Counted from the first letter of the whole stretch, positions 1 to 13,898 are shown. The stretch is DNA of 61,537 bases, filler included, from 14 parts of 14 records of this genome joined end to end with filler, not necessarily neighbours in it, one strand, 5' to 3'. The notes: a model not told the origin generated them from the sequence alone. Numbers and translations are program-made.

Positions 1-3000
1 TGGCGGCATTGGCTTCAGCAATGGCGTCATCCGGGTTTCGACGATGTGTGTGCCCATCCGCAATGAGACCACTGGCGCTATCGATGAAATTTAGAATGCT
101 CTCTGCGCCTCCAGCAATGGCCTCGTCCCGGGCAAGCCTCACCATGTTCCTCGCCAAGCTTGCCTGGTATCCAACTGTGTTCTTGAACCAGCTCATTTTG
201 GCTGTTGCCGATCTGCGATTGGCGTCGAGTAGCTCTAATACCTCAGCAGCTAGATGATGGGCGTCACTGATACATAGCTTTTCCACCATGTCTTCCCCCA
301 ACAGTTTTTTAGCCATTTGCAAGATCTGGCAGTGCGTGTCAGAGCGGCTTAAATTTTGCTGGAGTTCCAGAGAGAACAGTACCCAGCGATCATAGGGTGT
401 GTGCTCGCTTTCGTCTGGCAGACCATGCAACAAGTCGTCCACCACCTTGCGCACCACAGCTTGTACAAGACGGAGCAGCACTCTAGGAACATCCCCTCCT
501 GTTACCAGCATCATTTTGATGCACGTCTCCCTGAGAGCCCATGCCAGTCTCACTTCCCTTCTTACGCCACAACATAGCCTTTTGAGGAACCCCAGCGTTG
601 CAGTTCTGATTTCCTGTATTGTCGTACCCCCAAGGCAATTACAGCATTTGCGCCGAACAACATTTACTTGGTCGATGTACTGCCATGAAAGCTCAAAATC
701 GGCATCAGTTTCTGCACACGATCCGAGCGCAGCAATCGCGAGATCGAACTCAAACAGGCCTGAGTCCATTGAGGTCTGCCGATGCTGACCAGAGATTTCA
801 TTCCTTGACTGCTGCAACTCCCGGATCAGGATTTCGCTGATCAGCGGCAACATGTGACGCTCTTGAAAGCTGATGCAGATTTTGGTCATTCTCTTCCTGA
901 AACCGGAATCGTGCAGCCCCTTAAGGTCGTCCAGCAATTTTGCGTTGCCTTGAGCTCCAGAATACAGTCCCCACCACTCTTGTTTCTTAACATGCGCAGA
1001 GATCGCACTCAGCGCTCGTAACGATGGTGCTCCATGTGCACAGAGTCCAGCCTTGACCAACCGCATCTTCGCATCGTCGATATGTTTATCTAGCTGCTTG
1101 ATGAAAGTATCAGTAACTGGTTGTGAAAGCACCTCCAAGATCTGCTCGGCCAGTATGTGTTCAGGTGATGTGTCGAGTCCCTTGTACAATAAATAAAAGT
1201 AACTAAGAAAGATCAGAACCACAATCACGTTGCAGGCTATAATGACACCAGATGCAACGTCCTTACTGATGCTGTCCTCCTCTGACTCAACTGCGGCCAG
1301 CAAGATCGCACTGAATATGATTAATAAGGTAGCAAGCATTGTGGCCCAAGAAAATGTACCCACCAATTCGTCTTTGAAAGGCCGAATCTTGACCTGCAAA
1401 ATGATGAACAGCAGACAGACAAGGAAAGCGAACGCCAATTGACCAAGACTGCCCGGAAAGACGAACATGACCACAGATGTGAGAAGGAACTTGCGAAACA
1501 TGTCAATCTCTTCGAAATAAAACGCATCAAGATTGTACGCATCATAAGTGGAGCCGTACCGAGCCTCGATTCGTTTCTGCTCACGGCCCAGGCTTAATGC
1601 CTCATCGAGTTCTACTTCCAATTTCTCCACCTGAAGTTGCGCCTCAGCAACTCGACGAATGATCGAAGGCGCTGCAAGTACAGCATCCAGGTTCTGGAAC
1701 AGTGCCTGGTATTCGCGTAGCCTTTCATTGGCTCCCTCGAGACGCACCCTGGTGGTGTCGACGTCGACCTGAATAACATCATAATACCTGCAGATTCACG
1801 AATTAGACCAAAGCCCAGCCGATCAAGAATTGGCACCAGTAGAGCTTCCAAGCGATGAACACCGGTATTCCTACTGGGTAGATTAGCGCCATGATGCCAG
1901 CGTAGACCGCGTATGTCGTCCAAACCGAATTATAACAGACAACCCGATAGTCTGCTTGGAGCAAGTACTCGTCGTCGACCTGCCGGCAATCAAAGGTTTG
2001 CATCACAGTAGCTGAAACGCCGGGGTAGATGAAGAAGAGGAATAGCATCATCACCTTGACATGTGTGTTGAGTATAGGCTCGAAACCAGCATCTGTGCTC
2101 GCACCAAAGAGCCCCAGACTTCGACATGCAATGGCGGACGCTGCAATCAAGAGACCGATCACCATCGGAGCTACGGTGGCCACCAGTAGTTGGTTGTAGA
2201 AGCCCATGGATAGCACGCAATCCAGAGCAAGCATATCCGTCAAACCAAGGTTTAAGAAGGAGAAGAAACCAAGGAACTCGATGTACCACTTCGGCCACGC
2301 TACATCGAAGATCGAAATGTATGGGACGACCACTTGGTAGAAAGAGACGAAAACCTTGACACTCGGCAACACTCGGCCCGCTAGAGAGCTGCCGGTGTCT
2401 GTAATCATCGCTAGAGACCTACCGGCGTCTGTAAAGCTGCGCGTGGCCAATAGAGCTTTGTCGATCTTCTCTCTGTCTAGGTTGAAGCCAACCGCTTCAT
2501 AGATGCTACTCTTCATAACAGCTTCTCGTTTATCTGCGGCTGCTTCACAGTAGCCCGTGTATAGATCCACTCGATTAGATTCAGCGTACTCCTTTGTAGA
2601 CCGCTTCCAAGCAGGTGTCGCGGCTTCTTCTACATCCTCATCATCCCTGGCGTGCTCATGAAAAGTGTCGCTCTTCTCGTCACTGGCTACACCCAGAGGG
2701 TTCATCTCGATCGTTGCGAGCTGAATGACTGGACCTTTGGCCTGCTCGTCGTCGCCACTTGCTATGGGATCGGGCTTGTCGCTGAATGCGATTCCAGGAG
2801 CCAGCGGCTGGTCTATAGGGGCTTTGTCATCTTCTGCACCATGGATAGGATTTATGTTTTGGTGGACAGCGCTGGCATCGGGAAGAGACTCTTCTTCGTC
2901 TGGACTTTCGCGGCACATAAAGTAGATCCCAACCGCAATCAGCACCAGCAGGATCACTCCGAGCCCTATAATCGGCACTATTATATTGCCACCGGAGCAC

Positions 3001-5822
3001 GGAGTACAGCCCGAGTCGCTCAAGCTATAGTCGTCGATGCAAATGGCACATGTGGGCCTGCGCAAGCTTTTAACTCAGTGTGGGAACAGGCACGCACCCC
3101 ATGTAGCCTTCTTTGCAGAAGTCATTCCTCCTCATTGAAGACGCAGATTCCTCCCCCAGGCAAGAGTCGAACTTACCTGGCATTCGCTAAAACATGGCTT
3201 CAGGCCCGAGCACACTCACATCTGTGTATCGGTGAGTTCGCAGCTTTTCCTGGGGCCCTCCAGTAACCCTCATGCGGGTAGAACTTGTCGCTTCCCGAAC
3301 ACACCGCCCCGACCGGACACTGCCAGACACGGGTTACGAACACATGGGCTAATCTATGTACCGGTTTGCATTGCCTGTCATCGACAATCTCATCAGGACT
3401 GCATAGATAAAGATACTCCGCGGTGGTTTCAAGCCACTCTTGCCCGCTGTTGAGAGAAGCAGAGACACTCACAAGCCCAGCTAGCTGGGATGCCGGTGGC
3501 AGGCACTGGAAGATTCCTGCACTCAATGAATCTTCATCGACACCGGACTGGCCATCTCCGAACTTACACATGAAGGAGGCTGTGTCGAGATCAGGTAGCT
3601 TCAGAATATCGTCCAGGTCAGTTATGACGAGTCTAACATATCCACCCCCGGCAACGCCACCAAATTTTCCACCAGACTTGGGCGAGATGCTCGTCACATT
3701 CACGTCCTTATCATTGTAAACATAGAAAGGCTTCGTGTTGTCGCCACCTGTCACACCCAAGAGCATGCTTGCAATTCCATAATCCATCTCAGCTTCGGTG
3801 AGCTGATTGGAGACTTCGGAGCATAAGGTGTACGTACCGGTTTGACATTGCAAATGGTCAATAGAAGGACGGGCAACAGCTGCCAGCTGCACTTGGTGGG
3901 ATGAATCGAACAGATGCCCACCGTCGCCCCGGAGAGTCACAGCCACTATGCCGCCTGCCTTTCCTATGTTGGGCGAGACGCCCCTATAGTTGGCTAGCTT
4001 GGGGCCAGTGGAGCTGAGCACAGTGGCACTACTGACTCGGTAGACTTCGATTCCGCCTACTACGAGATTACCCCCTGTCGCCTCCGCTTTCAGCGCATCC
4101 AACGACTCCAGCATTGTACTAATAGCATCGTCTTCCTCAAGAGTGAGTCTAATCGAGACAACAGTGTACTCCTCCGCTGCGGCGTACGCTTGGGTCTCGA
4201 TGAAGCTGGATGATCCTAGTAATGCTGTGGCAACAGCCTTCCCGAAATTTTCCTGCTTCGCAGGCCAGGCTGATAGGGACAGGGCCAATGTGAGTGTAAA
4301 TGACAAACTTTGTAGTTCCACCTGAGCTAGCACTGTGGCCTGCGAGCTATACGGACTCCAGCTTCCTGGGCCACGAGAGTTGGCCAGCTTTACCCGAAAG
4401 CTTACAACATCTCCTGCTGTCAGACCGTCCCAGGTATAGTACTGTGTGTCACCAGCAAGGTCCTGGTGAAACTCAGATGTATCATCTGCTCGATTGCCAG
4501 TTCGCTGAGTTGAATTCCAGTCCGATTGAACGAGACTTTTACACTGTGCACTCTGGGAGCATCTCAACATCTCAACAACGCTGTACTCAAGGCCAGTACC
4601 ACCCCTGGTGTCTGTAGCCGTCCAAGACAGCGTCACAGCACCCGTGCCAAGTACGACGGTGGGTTGTAGAGGCGAACCAGGCGTGTCTATGGTTGTACAA
4701 ACTCCGTACTCACCCGCTAAGTCGCAAAATGCGTCCCTCTCTCTCGAGCAGGTCACTGCAGTGCTACTCCAAGGACTCCAAGCGTTGTCACCCTTCACCT
4801 GAAAACGAAAGTAGTACGGCATGTATGGTTGCAGCCCTGTTACATTGTATAGGACGCGCAGTGACCTGTTGCTACTCTCGCTAGTCCAGTTGGCCAGCCA
4901 TACAGAGTCATGAGTTTTGCTGGTCACCACACCATCGGGCTGCTGCCACCCGCTTACAGGGTCCAACGAGAGGTGCTGGATCTGCAATCCGTACCAGTTG
5001 GGAGCCACCGTATCGTTGTCGCCACCAGTGAGCGTAGCCACAAGTCCAATCACTGCCCAGCGGCCGCCACGCGCGGTCCACCGTACTTCGCTGGACTGAT
5101 TAATTAACTCTTTTCCACTGTACAGAATGTTGCTGGTGGAGGTAGAAGATACCACCACTGGCTCATTAGCATCCCACACTAGCGAATTGAAGTCCTCGCC
5201 ATTCGCGTTCATAAAATCAGCCGCGGGATCATCAGCAGCGCCCCAGAATGCTTCAACGCAGCTCGTTGAGATAACAGTAGCTTCGATCGTAGTATCTGCA
5301 TCCGTACACACAGATTCGATGGTTGCACCAGAAGAGGTAATGTCTTGCCCAACAATACGTGCGTCCACCAAGTCAGTCTCCACTTTCCTCGTCGACGCAG
5401 GGCAGTAACTTCGATATTCTTGAGAGGCTGTTTCCCAGGTACAAGAATCACCAACCAAAACTCCGCCGTCAGTGCAAGTTGAGTTCAAAATGATGCCAGA
5501 ACCTGTGATTGCACCCATATCTATATCGCAGATACAGCGACTGCTTTCAGCGGTGCACTTTTGATCAGTGGTGCACGTGGAGTCGCCGCAGCTACAGGGA
5601 TAAGCATCCGACACTGCAGAGCCATCAAAAACTGAGCATTCTAATGCCGCAGCCGCCTGGAACCAGACGGCTGTTGGGTTGCTAGGATCCGTGCCCGCGC
5701 ATGAACCGCAGGCGTCCTGGTTCTTCGAGCATTCCTCAAGCAAGCCGTTCTTCTGGTCTTTGCACCAGCTCGCCACACAGCCGCTGTCGACCTTGTTCCA
5801 GTCGCACTCGCTGTTGTAGCAT
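1..5822 (-). CDS. Large FN3/IPT-TIG, Cys-rich, multi-pass membrane (receptor-like) protein; partial at both ends
   Basis: ORFs 3200-5776 and 1803-3065 and an open frame from 1787 to the window edge join through GT-AG introns 3320-3361, 3177-3219, 3058-3097, 1788-1836 and probably 326-382. FN3 motifs: VTGLQPYMPYYFRFQV...WSPWS and DGLTAGDVVSFRVKLANSRGPGSWSPYS. IPT motif: VTSISPKSG. Cys-rich CPVGAVC...CKEGYMGPTCAIC is followed by a TM block (KVFVSFYQV, YLLQADYRVVC, YPVGIP, FYFEEIDMFRK) and a long tail. Confidence 0.8.
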
Positions 5823-5922
5823 NNNNNNNNNNNNNNNNNNNNNNNNNNNNNNNNNNNNNNNNNNNNTTAATTAATTAANNNNNNNNNNNNNNNNNNNNNN
5901 NNNNNNNNNNNNNNNNNNNNNN
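5823..5922. other. Artificial contig spacer (first of 13)
   Basis: Identical 44N-TTAATTAATTAA-44N (stops in all six frames) also at 9823, 17117, 20523, 24599, 28847, 32397, 36781, 40196, 43714, 46975, 53386 and 56705. Confidence 0.99.
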
Positions 5923-8900
5923 CGATGCGGAGGAGCAGCCAGCCTTCCCCATGGGTGCCACTATTGAGATCACACCAGAATTTGCAATCGAGTGCCTAAA
6001 GGCAGCCCCTTTTCTGCGAGATCTTGGTAGCTGCTTGTGTTGGAGAGAGATTTTCAGTACATCACTGGGTCCGATATCTGCTTTTATCCGAAAGCTGCCT
6101 GCGGGAACCACTCTCGATTTTTTGGAGATAGAGGAGGGCTGTATGATTCGACTTGACCCTGCCACCTCTCCAGACACTGTCTACAGCAGTACATGCTGCG
6201 GAAATCCTTCCCAGACGGCTTTGAATCTTGTCTCAGAGGCAGCTCGATGCTATTTTCAGACACTTCCACTGCTGCAAGATAATTTAACAAAGGGGATGTC
6301 TAAAATGGCTGCATCTTTGCCAAGCAAAACCAGACAGCAGACACTGAGCGGATTTTTTGTTGAGTGCCTGCTCGAAATTCCATCAAAACTTCAGATCAAA
6401 TTGGGGTGCCTCCTCTTGACAGCCTTGTCGACGCATCTCACCGATATCGACTGTCTCATGACGGCAGCCTCTACTGGGACTGTCCAATCTCTGGTGTTTC
6501 AAGTCGGACTGAAGCTCTGGCAGTCTGGCGGTGGTGGTCTGAGTGCTCTGCTTGTTGAGGAACTCTGGAATAATCTGGCAATGTCCAAGAGCGGTGAAGC
6601 TCTCCAAGAGCAGCACGCAGATTCAGCGCCAGGTGAGGATGCTTTAGTTCCAGATCACTTCATACCATCAAGCCAGAGTCACACCGATATTGAGCCTAGC
6701 TTGAATATGCCTGAGGCACAAGTGGAGAGTGTTCCCTGCACGACGGCCCTGACTGAGTCAAGACGGGAGATCCTTCTTCAAATAAGGCGCAAATTTGACA
6801 GCAAAGGAAACGACGAGATTAAGGGTATGCTGGACAGAGCTTTGGGTAAAATCAGCACCGATTTATATTCGGAGGACTCTCATTTTGTCCTCGAGCTAAT
6901 CCAAAATGCAGACGACAATTCATACCATAACAATACTGTGCCATCTCTCTGGCTAGAGATTACTCATGATCAAGTCTGTGTGCGCAACAACGAGATCGGA
7001 TTTTCACCTCAAAATGTAGCCGCTTTATGCGATGTTGGCAACAGCACCAAAGGCAAAGGCGGCAGTGGATATATTGGTCAGAAAGGTATCGGCTTTAAGA
7101 GCGTTTTCAGGGTCTCGGATGTGCCAGAAATCCATAGCAATGGCTTTCATTTCCGACTCAATCGTGAGCACATGGTCATTCCTGAGCTGGTTGAGCCAAC
7201 AGCTGAGTTGGCACGCGCTCAAGGCACAACCATTAAGCTACCTTTGAACGAGGAAATGATGCAGGATTGGGAGAACTTGCGGCACAGGATCACCAGCGTG
7301 AGACCCACACTTCTTCTCTTCTTGCACCGCCTACAGCGAATCTTAGTGATAGACAAAACAGCCGAAGGTGGGGGATTCACTATGGAGCGCGCTGCTCTCG
7401 GAAATCATGTCATTGAGCTTCGCAGTGATCAGGAGCGCGATCGCTGGTTCGTCACAAGCAAGATATTTGCAGTGCCAGACCAAATTGCAGTAAGCAGATC
7501 GGGGTCTCAGGAGGGGCTCACTACGGAAATCGCATGTGCTTTCGCCCTTGACGCTGACGATGATTCGCTCCTTCCAGTGTATGCCTTTCTTCCTGTCATG
7601 CCATACGGTTTCCGATTCCTCGTCCAGGCTGATTTTGTGCTCACTTCTAGTAGAGAAGCCATTGCGCAGAACCATGTTTGGAACCAATGGTTGTGTAGCA
7701 AGCTTCCAGGTGTTCTCATCGAAGCTCTGGAGATCCTACGAGACCAACACAACTCAGATGCCAAGGAGAAGCCAATGGATATCCGTAACTTAATTGCGAT
7801 GCTTCCTATGGTCAACGACATGCATGCGTTTTTCAAGCCTGTAGTGCATCAGATTCATCGGCTTGTGCAACAGTGCGATTGTATCCCTGTGGTGGATGGT
7901 CCATGTCAAATTCCTAGCGAAACGCTGCACGCTGACTCGATCACAGCCGAGGCACTCGGTACTGAGCAACTTTCTAGTAGCGCCATCGTACAAAGATATC
8001 TCGGGAAATACATTGCAGCGGACCTTGCATCTGTGAGAAGCCCCTTGCTCGAGGCTCTCGGCGTCCAAAGTTTAAGTCCTAGCCATATCATCAGGCTTTT
8101 GTCTAACGCTGCAAGCCAAGGAGACCTACCAAGCCTCGGAATGGCTTGGCTGGCAAGGGTACTGGCACGTTTCTATCATCTGCTGCCAAGCCAACGCGGA
8201 TCTGCTCAGGCCCTCTGTCATGAATTTGGCAGTTGTCCCTGCATTCCTGTTAATTCAGAGCATGTCGCTATTGAATCTGCGCCAATCTTCATTGAGCATA
8301 AGTCTAGTAGTGGGACGGGACGAGACAATCAGCAGGCTCAGGCTGCCGTGGATGTGTTTAAACACGAGTTGCGTATCATAAGCAGCCACTTGTTCACTGT
8401 TGAACCATCACTGGCACCAGTGCTGCTCACGCTGCTAAGAAAGGTCGGAGCAAAGGATCTGACTCAGAATTATCTCGATTTTGTCGTTGAAACGCACATT
8501 CTCAAATGCTATGAAGACAAGGAGGGCATGATACCAAAGCTTGGACAACCAGAACTTTTGCTTGCCTACTTTCACGTTGTCCAGGCATACCTCAACCAGA
8601 CCAAAAAGAAGTTTTCACAAGACATCGTCCGTAGATTGGCTGCAAGTGCTGTCATTCCAACGTGTTTGACCCACGACGTAAAGAAAAGCGAAGTTCAGAC
8701 CACATCCAAAATGCCTTTGAAGAGCCATCGCCTCGAATATCGCAGTGCGCCCCCTCGAATTCTTGGACCTGATGAGGAAGGCAAAGCTGTCCATATTATC
8801 ACTGGAGGTCCAAGCATTGCCGCTCGTTTGCCAAATATATTCAAAAAGCTGGATTGGCGTGTGATCGATCCCAGTCTAATGCTTGACGCAAACGTGTGCG

Positions 8901-9822
8901 TGGTCCTGGGAGCAACTGAATTTGTTGCTGTAGTTGAAGAGACACGAGACATATCAGAAAGCGGAGATGCTGCGCACCGCTGCATTGGCTGGCGCTCGCC
9001 AGAGTGGGAGGCCATCGTTGAGAGCCTCGCTGTTTCAAATACCAATATCGTGCCCACATGCGATCAGGACGAGGAGACATCATTTTGCACAGTCAGCGCT
9101 GATGTGTGGGAGGGCTTCTGCATTAGCGCCAACGGGTTTGATCGGCTTTGGGCTTTCTATGAGCCGAAACTGGAGGAGAGTCACTATGCTCCAGGACGTA
9201 ACTATAAAGATCACAGTACGTTCTCGAAATCACTTCGAAACTGTGCTTGGTTTCCAGCTCAGGTCATCCAAAGGCAAAACCCAGCACGGCCTGTACACCG
9301 GCTATACTGTCCGAACAAACTCTATATCAACTCGTCAGTACTACAGGAGTACTTTCCAGGTGCAGTATTTCCAGTCGTGGAGCCAAAGGTCAAAGAGACA
9401 ATGAAGTCACCAAACTTTCTTTCAACCTTGGGCATTCGGTGTGTCCACGATGTACAGCAGATCACCCATCAGATGATATTGGAAGCACTAACAGTATGGG
9501 CAGCAGATGACAATGGCTTCGTAACTTCGATTGCACACATGAGAAAGGTCGTACCCCCTTGCATGCCCAGACTCGTGTTGATTTTGCTTCAGGTCTATGC
9601 TCTGCTCAAGCAACAGCTCTGCACTTTCGACAATAGTGATAATCACGAACCTGCACGTCAAATTCGGACCTTCTTCAAGCAACGCCGTTGTGTATGGGTG
9701 CCAGAGACGCGATTTAGCACAGGGGACGATTTCGATTGGGAAGAGTCTAGCCTAGAAAAGCAGCTGGATGGGAGGTTTTACTCGCTTGAAGCGCTAGCTT
9801 GGAACGATTACAGCATGGTCCT
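5923..9822 (+). CDS. NO VEIN/sacsin-like GHKL ATPase-domain protein; partial
   Basis: LYSEDSHFVLELIQNADDN, NNEIGFS, ALCDVGNSTK, YIGQKGIGFKSVF, and AFLP...FLVQADFVLTSSRE...WNQWL. Probable in-frame intron at 9548-9592. Confidence 0.88.
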
Positions 9823-10256
9823 NNNNNNNNNNNNNNNNNNNNNNNNNNNNNNNNNNNNNNNNNNNNTTAATTAATTAANNNNNNNNNNNNNNNNNNNNNN
9901 NNNNNNNNNNNNNNNNNNNNNNATTACCATCGTTCAATGAACGATTGATGACTATCCGATAATTATATCGATAACGAATAATCAATGTTAAATTCAAAAA
10001 CCACTACGATAATATTCGTCTCGCTGGCGAGACCGGGCCTACTAGTATTGTACATGTAATCATGCACTCGAAGGTCATTGACAAATGATTGAGTAGGTGA
10101 CCTCGGTTATTGATTGTGTCGGTTGATTGCAAACCAATTGCGCCGTTATCATCTTCACACGGGTCCTTGAGCACTCGATTGCATGATCAGCTCACTCAAA
10201 CCGTCAAACTCTCCCCACAAATATGTCATCTAGCTTGAGTGGAAACTTAATTGCAA

Positions 10257-12320
10257 TCACTCAAAGAAAAGTCGGCTAAAGGCCTCAAAGTACAAAGCGC
10301 CATTTTTCAGGTTGCCATGATCCTGAACCATCGCAGACAAAACGCTCAGCCATCACTTTACTTTCTAAGCACGAGTGTGCTACCTGACCCAAGAGCTCCC
10401 ACATTGCTGCCTTGTGACGAGTACTCAATCCAAGCCACTTCTCATTATTCTTCCAGCATGCTTGCTGCGACAGAGGCAATCACAATCACTTTTTCGAGGT
10501 ACAAAATTATGCATAGTACGCATGCCTTGCTAAAGCTCACCTCATCTAGGGCATCGATGAAAGTTTGCTTCGTAATCTTACCCCCTGCCATCAACACCAA
10601 TACTCACGCACCGGTCTTCGAGAGACAGACCTCGCTCGCCCAAAGCGGAGAAAGCCTTGCGGGCACCATTGTTACCAAAGTGCTGCATCAGATCCTGGCA
10701 CAAAAAGCTGAGCCGCTGTTGCTTTAGTGCAGAGTACCTCCCGCATCATGCCCAAGTACTCGCGCGGTGGCAGCGCAGCTTCGAGTGGCTTGAGCTCCTG
10801 CAGCCCGGCTAGCCGCTAGACAGTTGCAACAATCACCACTGGGGCCAGAGAGCTCTGGGCTGGCAGCAAAGAGTCGCACTCGAGTGGAGCTTCATCGTCA
10901 GAGTCCACATCAGAAATGCCCATCTGCTTGCAATATTCATCATCGGCTCCAAAGTCTGCAGAGCCCCGTGCAATGACCCGGCTATCTGCTTGATTCTCCC
11001 CAGTGGCCTGCTTCTCCTGCCATTCGCTGTGACCAATGGCTTTCGCGCTGAACTGACGTACCAGCTCAGCTATTTTCTGCCGCTGTGCCTCGAGTTGCTT
11101 TCTAGCCTCTTCAAGCGACGCCTGTGCGAACCGGTCAGTGCGAGGTGGGGCAGCGCCGATGACCCTCAGTGTGACGCACTCAGCCACTGCGGCTTCCCTC
11201 TCGGCCACCGCCTTCTGCTTTTCTTTGATGGCCTCCTCTAGTTCGCGGTTGGCTGTGATCAGCTGGGTCATGTACTGCAGAGTCTCCTGCCAACCCGATC
11301 GAGCCGCCAGCCGCTCAATCAGCGCCTGCTTGTGTTGCTCCGATTCTTTGAGATATTCCTCGACCTTCTGGCTCTCCTGTCTCTTGATTATGTCCTGTCC
11401 CACCATCATCGGCCCAGCACGCCCCGCTGCCCGCCTGGTAACTGAGCCCTCGCGAGCTCGGAGGGTCCAATTCCATCTCCTCAGGCACTGCGTCGGCCAC
11501 TGCCGCTTTCGGAGGAGACGCAGTGCACCGTGAGAGTTTCCGGTTCCTCGGGTGGCCCTGCGGCTCGTCGGCAGCTCGCTGCCACGCCAATCAGGGCCAG
11601 AGGTGCTGCTGGCTGCCACCTTGGCTGGTCGCTTGATCCCGACAGACTGGGAGCACTTCCTGTTGAACGCGGCCAGTGCGTTGCTCGTGTCGCTGCACGG
11701 CGCCAGCGACCAGCGCACCTGTCCGCACTCGCTGGGCCGGGGCGTCCGCTGGCACCGGCTCGGCTCGGTCGGCCGGGCGGCTCGGGAACATCTCAGACTG
11801 GGACAGCGCCCCGTTTCGGGTGCGCGCCTGTGCGGCGGTGGGCCGCGGACTGACCGGGGGCACCTGGTCCAGCCGGACGCTCATCGACAGCCCGCTCCGG
11901 ATCTGGTTGGCGTTGTCCTCGTCCGCTTCGAATGAGTCGTCGAGCGGGTTTTCCTCATCCTGTCAGTCGGCTGAATCGGCCGGCAGCCACCCGGCGCACA
12001 TTCGGCTTGGATCGGGGACGCTTTGCCCGCTCGTCTGTGGCGAAGTGGAAGGGCTTGGGCACGGTCGGGCGCAGGGGTGGGGCGTTGGCCTTGGCCTCTT
12101 TGAGCGGCTTTCGCTGGTCGCGGGTGGTCTTGAGCCCAGACTTGCGCAGCTCGCTCGCACCCAGCTTGGCCTGGGCCGCCCGGGCGCTGTTCGGTCCGGC
12201 GGCCGGCTGCTCCTGAAGCATCTCTATGTTCAGCTTGGGCACTGCCGATCGGCCGGATTTGTGGGACCGCCGCATGCCGCCGCCTGCCTCCTCTGCAACT
12301 GCAGCCAAGGGCAGCTCCAT
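10257..12320 (-). CDS. Multi-exon coiled-coil protein with TPX2-like motif and degenerate C-terminal EF-hand-like pair
   Basis: ATG at 12320. TVPKPFHFATDERAK resembles the TPX2 motif. About 12 short introns (e.g. 11960-11999, GC-AG 11395-11434) link the ORF pieces. The end reads ARKAFSAL...GKITKQTFIDAL...GALYFEAFSRLF, stop at 10257. Confidence 0.6.
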
Positions 12321-12493
12321 TCGTAAATCGAAGAGCTCTGAATTTTGGGCCGTTGTTGTTGCGAAATTTGGAGGCACCCCGGACAGCTGCAAGGGCTGCG
12401 CAGTCGGCCCTTTGGCGGACGTGGGCTGGCCCTCAGGGTGGATCGGTCGGTTTGCGACCAGCTGCTGCAGAAGCTGCCGGCTGCCTGCGGCCG

Positions 12494-13898
12494 ATGAGCG
12501 GCTGGAACTCGCCCGCCGTCGGTGCCCCCCGCCTGCGGCTGGTCTTGACTGTGCTGCAGCCCGATGCCAGAACCGGAACGCGGAGATCCGCCAGAGGCTG
12601 GAAGAGGCCTCGCTGCAGGCCGCGGCCAGCCTCTCGGCGCTGCCCGGGTCGCCGCTCGGCGTCCCCAGCACCACTCAGCTCGCTTTGGAGTGGCTGCAGC
12701 TATCGATCGACCACTCGGCCCCAGTCATATCGAGCGCTACTAACCCGAGACAGTCGCACCGGACCGCCAAGTGCCTGGCCAAGCAGAGGGCGGCTGAAGC
12801 CGCGCTCGAGCAGGCCGAATCTCGGCTCGCGGCGGCCAAGTCCCGTCTGCAGGCGATCCAGACCGGCGGGGCCAGAGCGCGGCGCGTGCGCCCGGGCGAA
12901 CTGGCCCGTGAGGCCTTCCGGACAACGCGGCGGCCGGCCCCACTGATGACTGAGCCTGCCGAGCTGGCCGAGGCTGGCCTGCCGCATTCTAACGTGCAGC
13001 AGTTGAGATCGAGTGCGGCTCCCGCTGTCCGAGAAGGCGAGCCTCAGCATTCGGCCCAATCCAGGCTGAGCAGCTCCGAGCCGGTAGTCAGGCTGCAACC
13101 AGCCCGTACGTCGAGCAATCAGGCGGCTGTCTCCAGAGTGAAGCCCGTTGCCTCCAGCCAGTCTGCTCAGCCAGGAGATCTCGTGCCAACACGGAGCACT
13201 GATCAGCCAGAGATCAGCAGCCGACCGCAACAAAGTCAGCGCAATATTGGCAGCACCGCTGATCTGGTCAAAGTGGCTGATAGTGTTTTTGGTCTTCTGT
13301 CGGATGACGATGTGATCCACTATCCGGATCTCCTTGCGGCGCACCGAGACGCCGCTGCCTTCAGCTTGCTCAGGTATGATGAGGAAGACGGCGAGATCGA
13401 TCAAGATGACTGGAGGCAGTTTGTACGCCGCATCATGCTCCCGGCGAGCAGCGTCGGGTTTGAAGCGACCTGTGCGCTGTTGAACGAATTGGAAGCCAAC
13501 GCTGCTCTGGTGCACGAGGCAAGGCACCACCGGCTCCAGTCTGCCGGCTGGAGCAGTCCGGTGGCACAAGTTGCTTCCACAGCCGTGCCAGGTGCAGAAT
13601 CTTTGAGAAACTGTGCCACTGACCATGTGTGCGCTCAGGGAATGCACCAGAGGCCAAAGTTCTCACTGTAAACAGTACAAGGCCAGTCACAAAAGTGGCA
13701 CATAGTTGGAGCGCTGACTGCACGACAGCACAGACTAGGGCACCCGATAACAAAGCCGGGGCAGACTTAAGGTGGGACTTGGACGATGAAAGCTCGAGTG
13801 ACGAGTTTGAGCTCTCGAGCCACGTCAAGGATTTGGACCGGTCCCAAAAGCCGTACTCGTTTGCTCAAACATTCTACCCTGTTGATGCCACCGGATAG
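12494..13898 (+). CDS. Hypothetical protein with coiled coil and EF-hand-like motif
   Basis: ATG at 12494, then a 38-nt intron joins into ORF 12226-13671 and a 47-nt intron joins into 13629-13898. YDEEDGEIDQDDWRQFV resembles an EF-hand loop. Confidence 0.55.

Noticed and set aside
10251-10727. 158-aa plus-strand ORF
   Set aside because: Antisense to the last exons of the minus-strand gene 10257-12320, with a non-ATG start.
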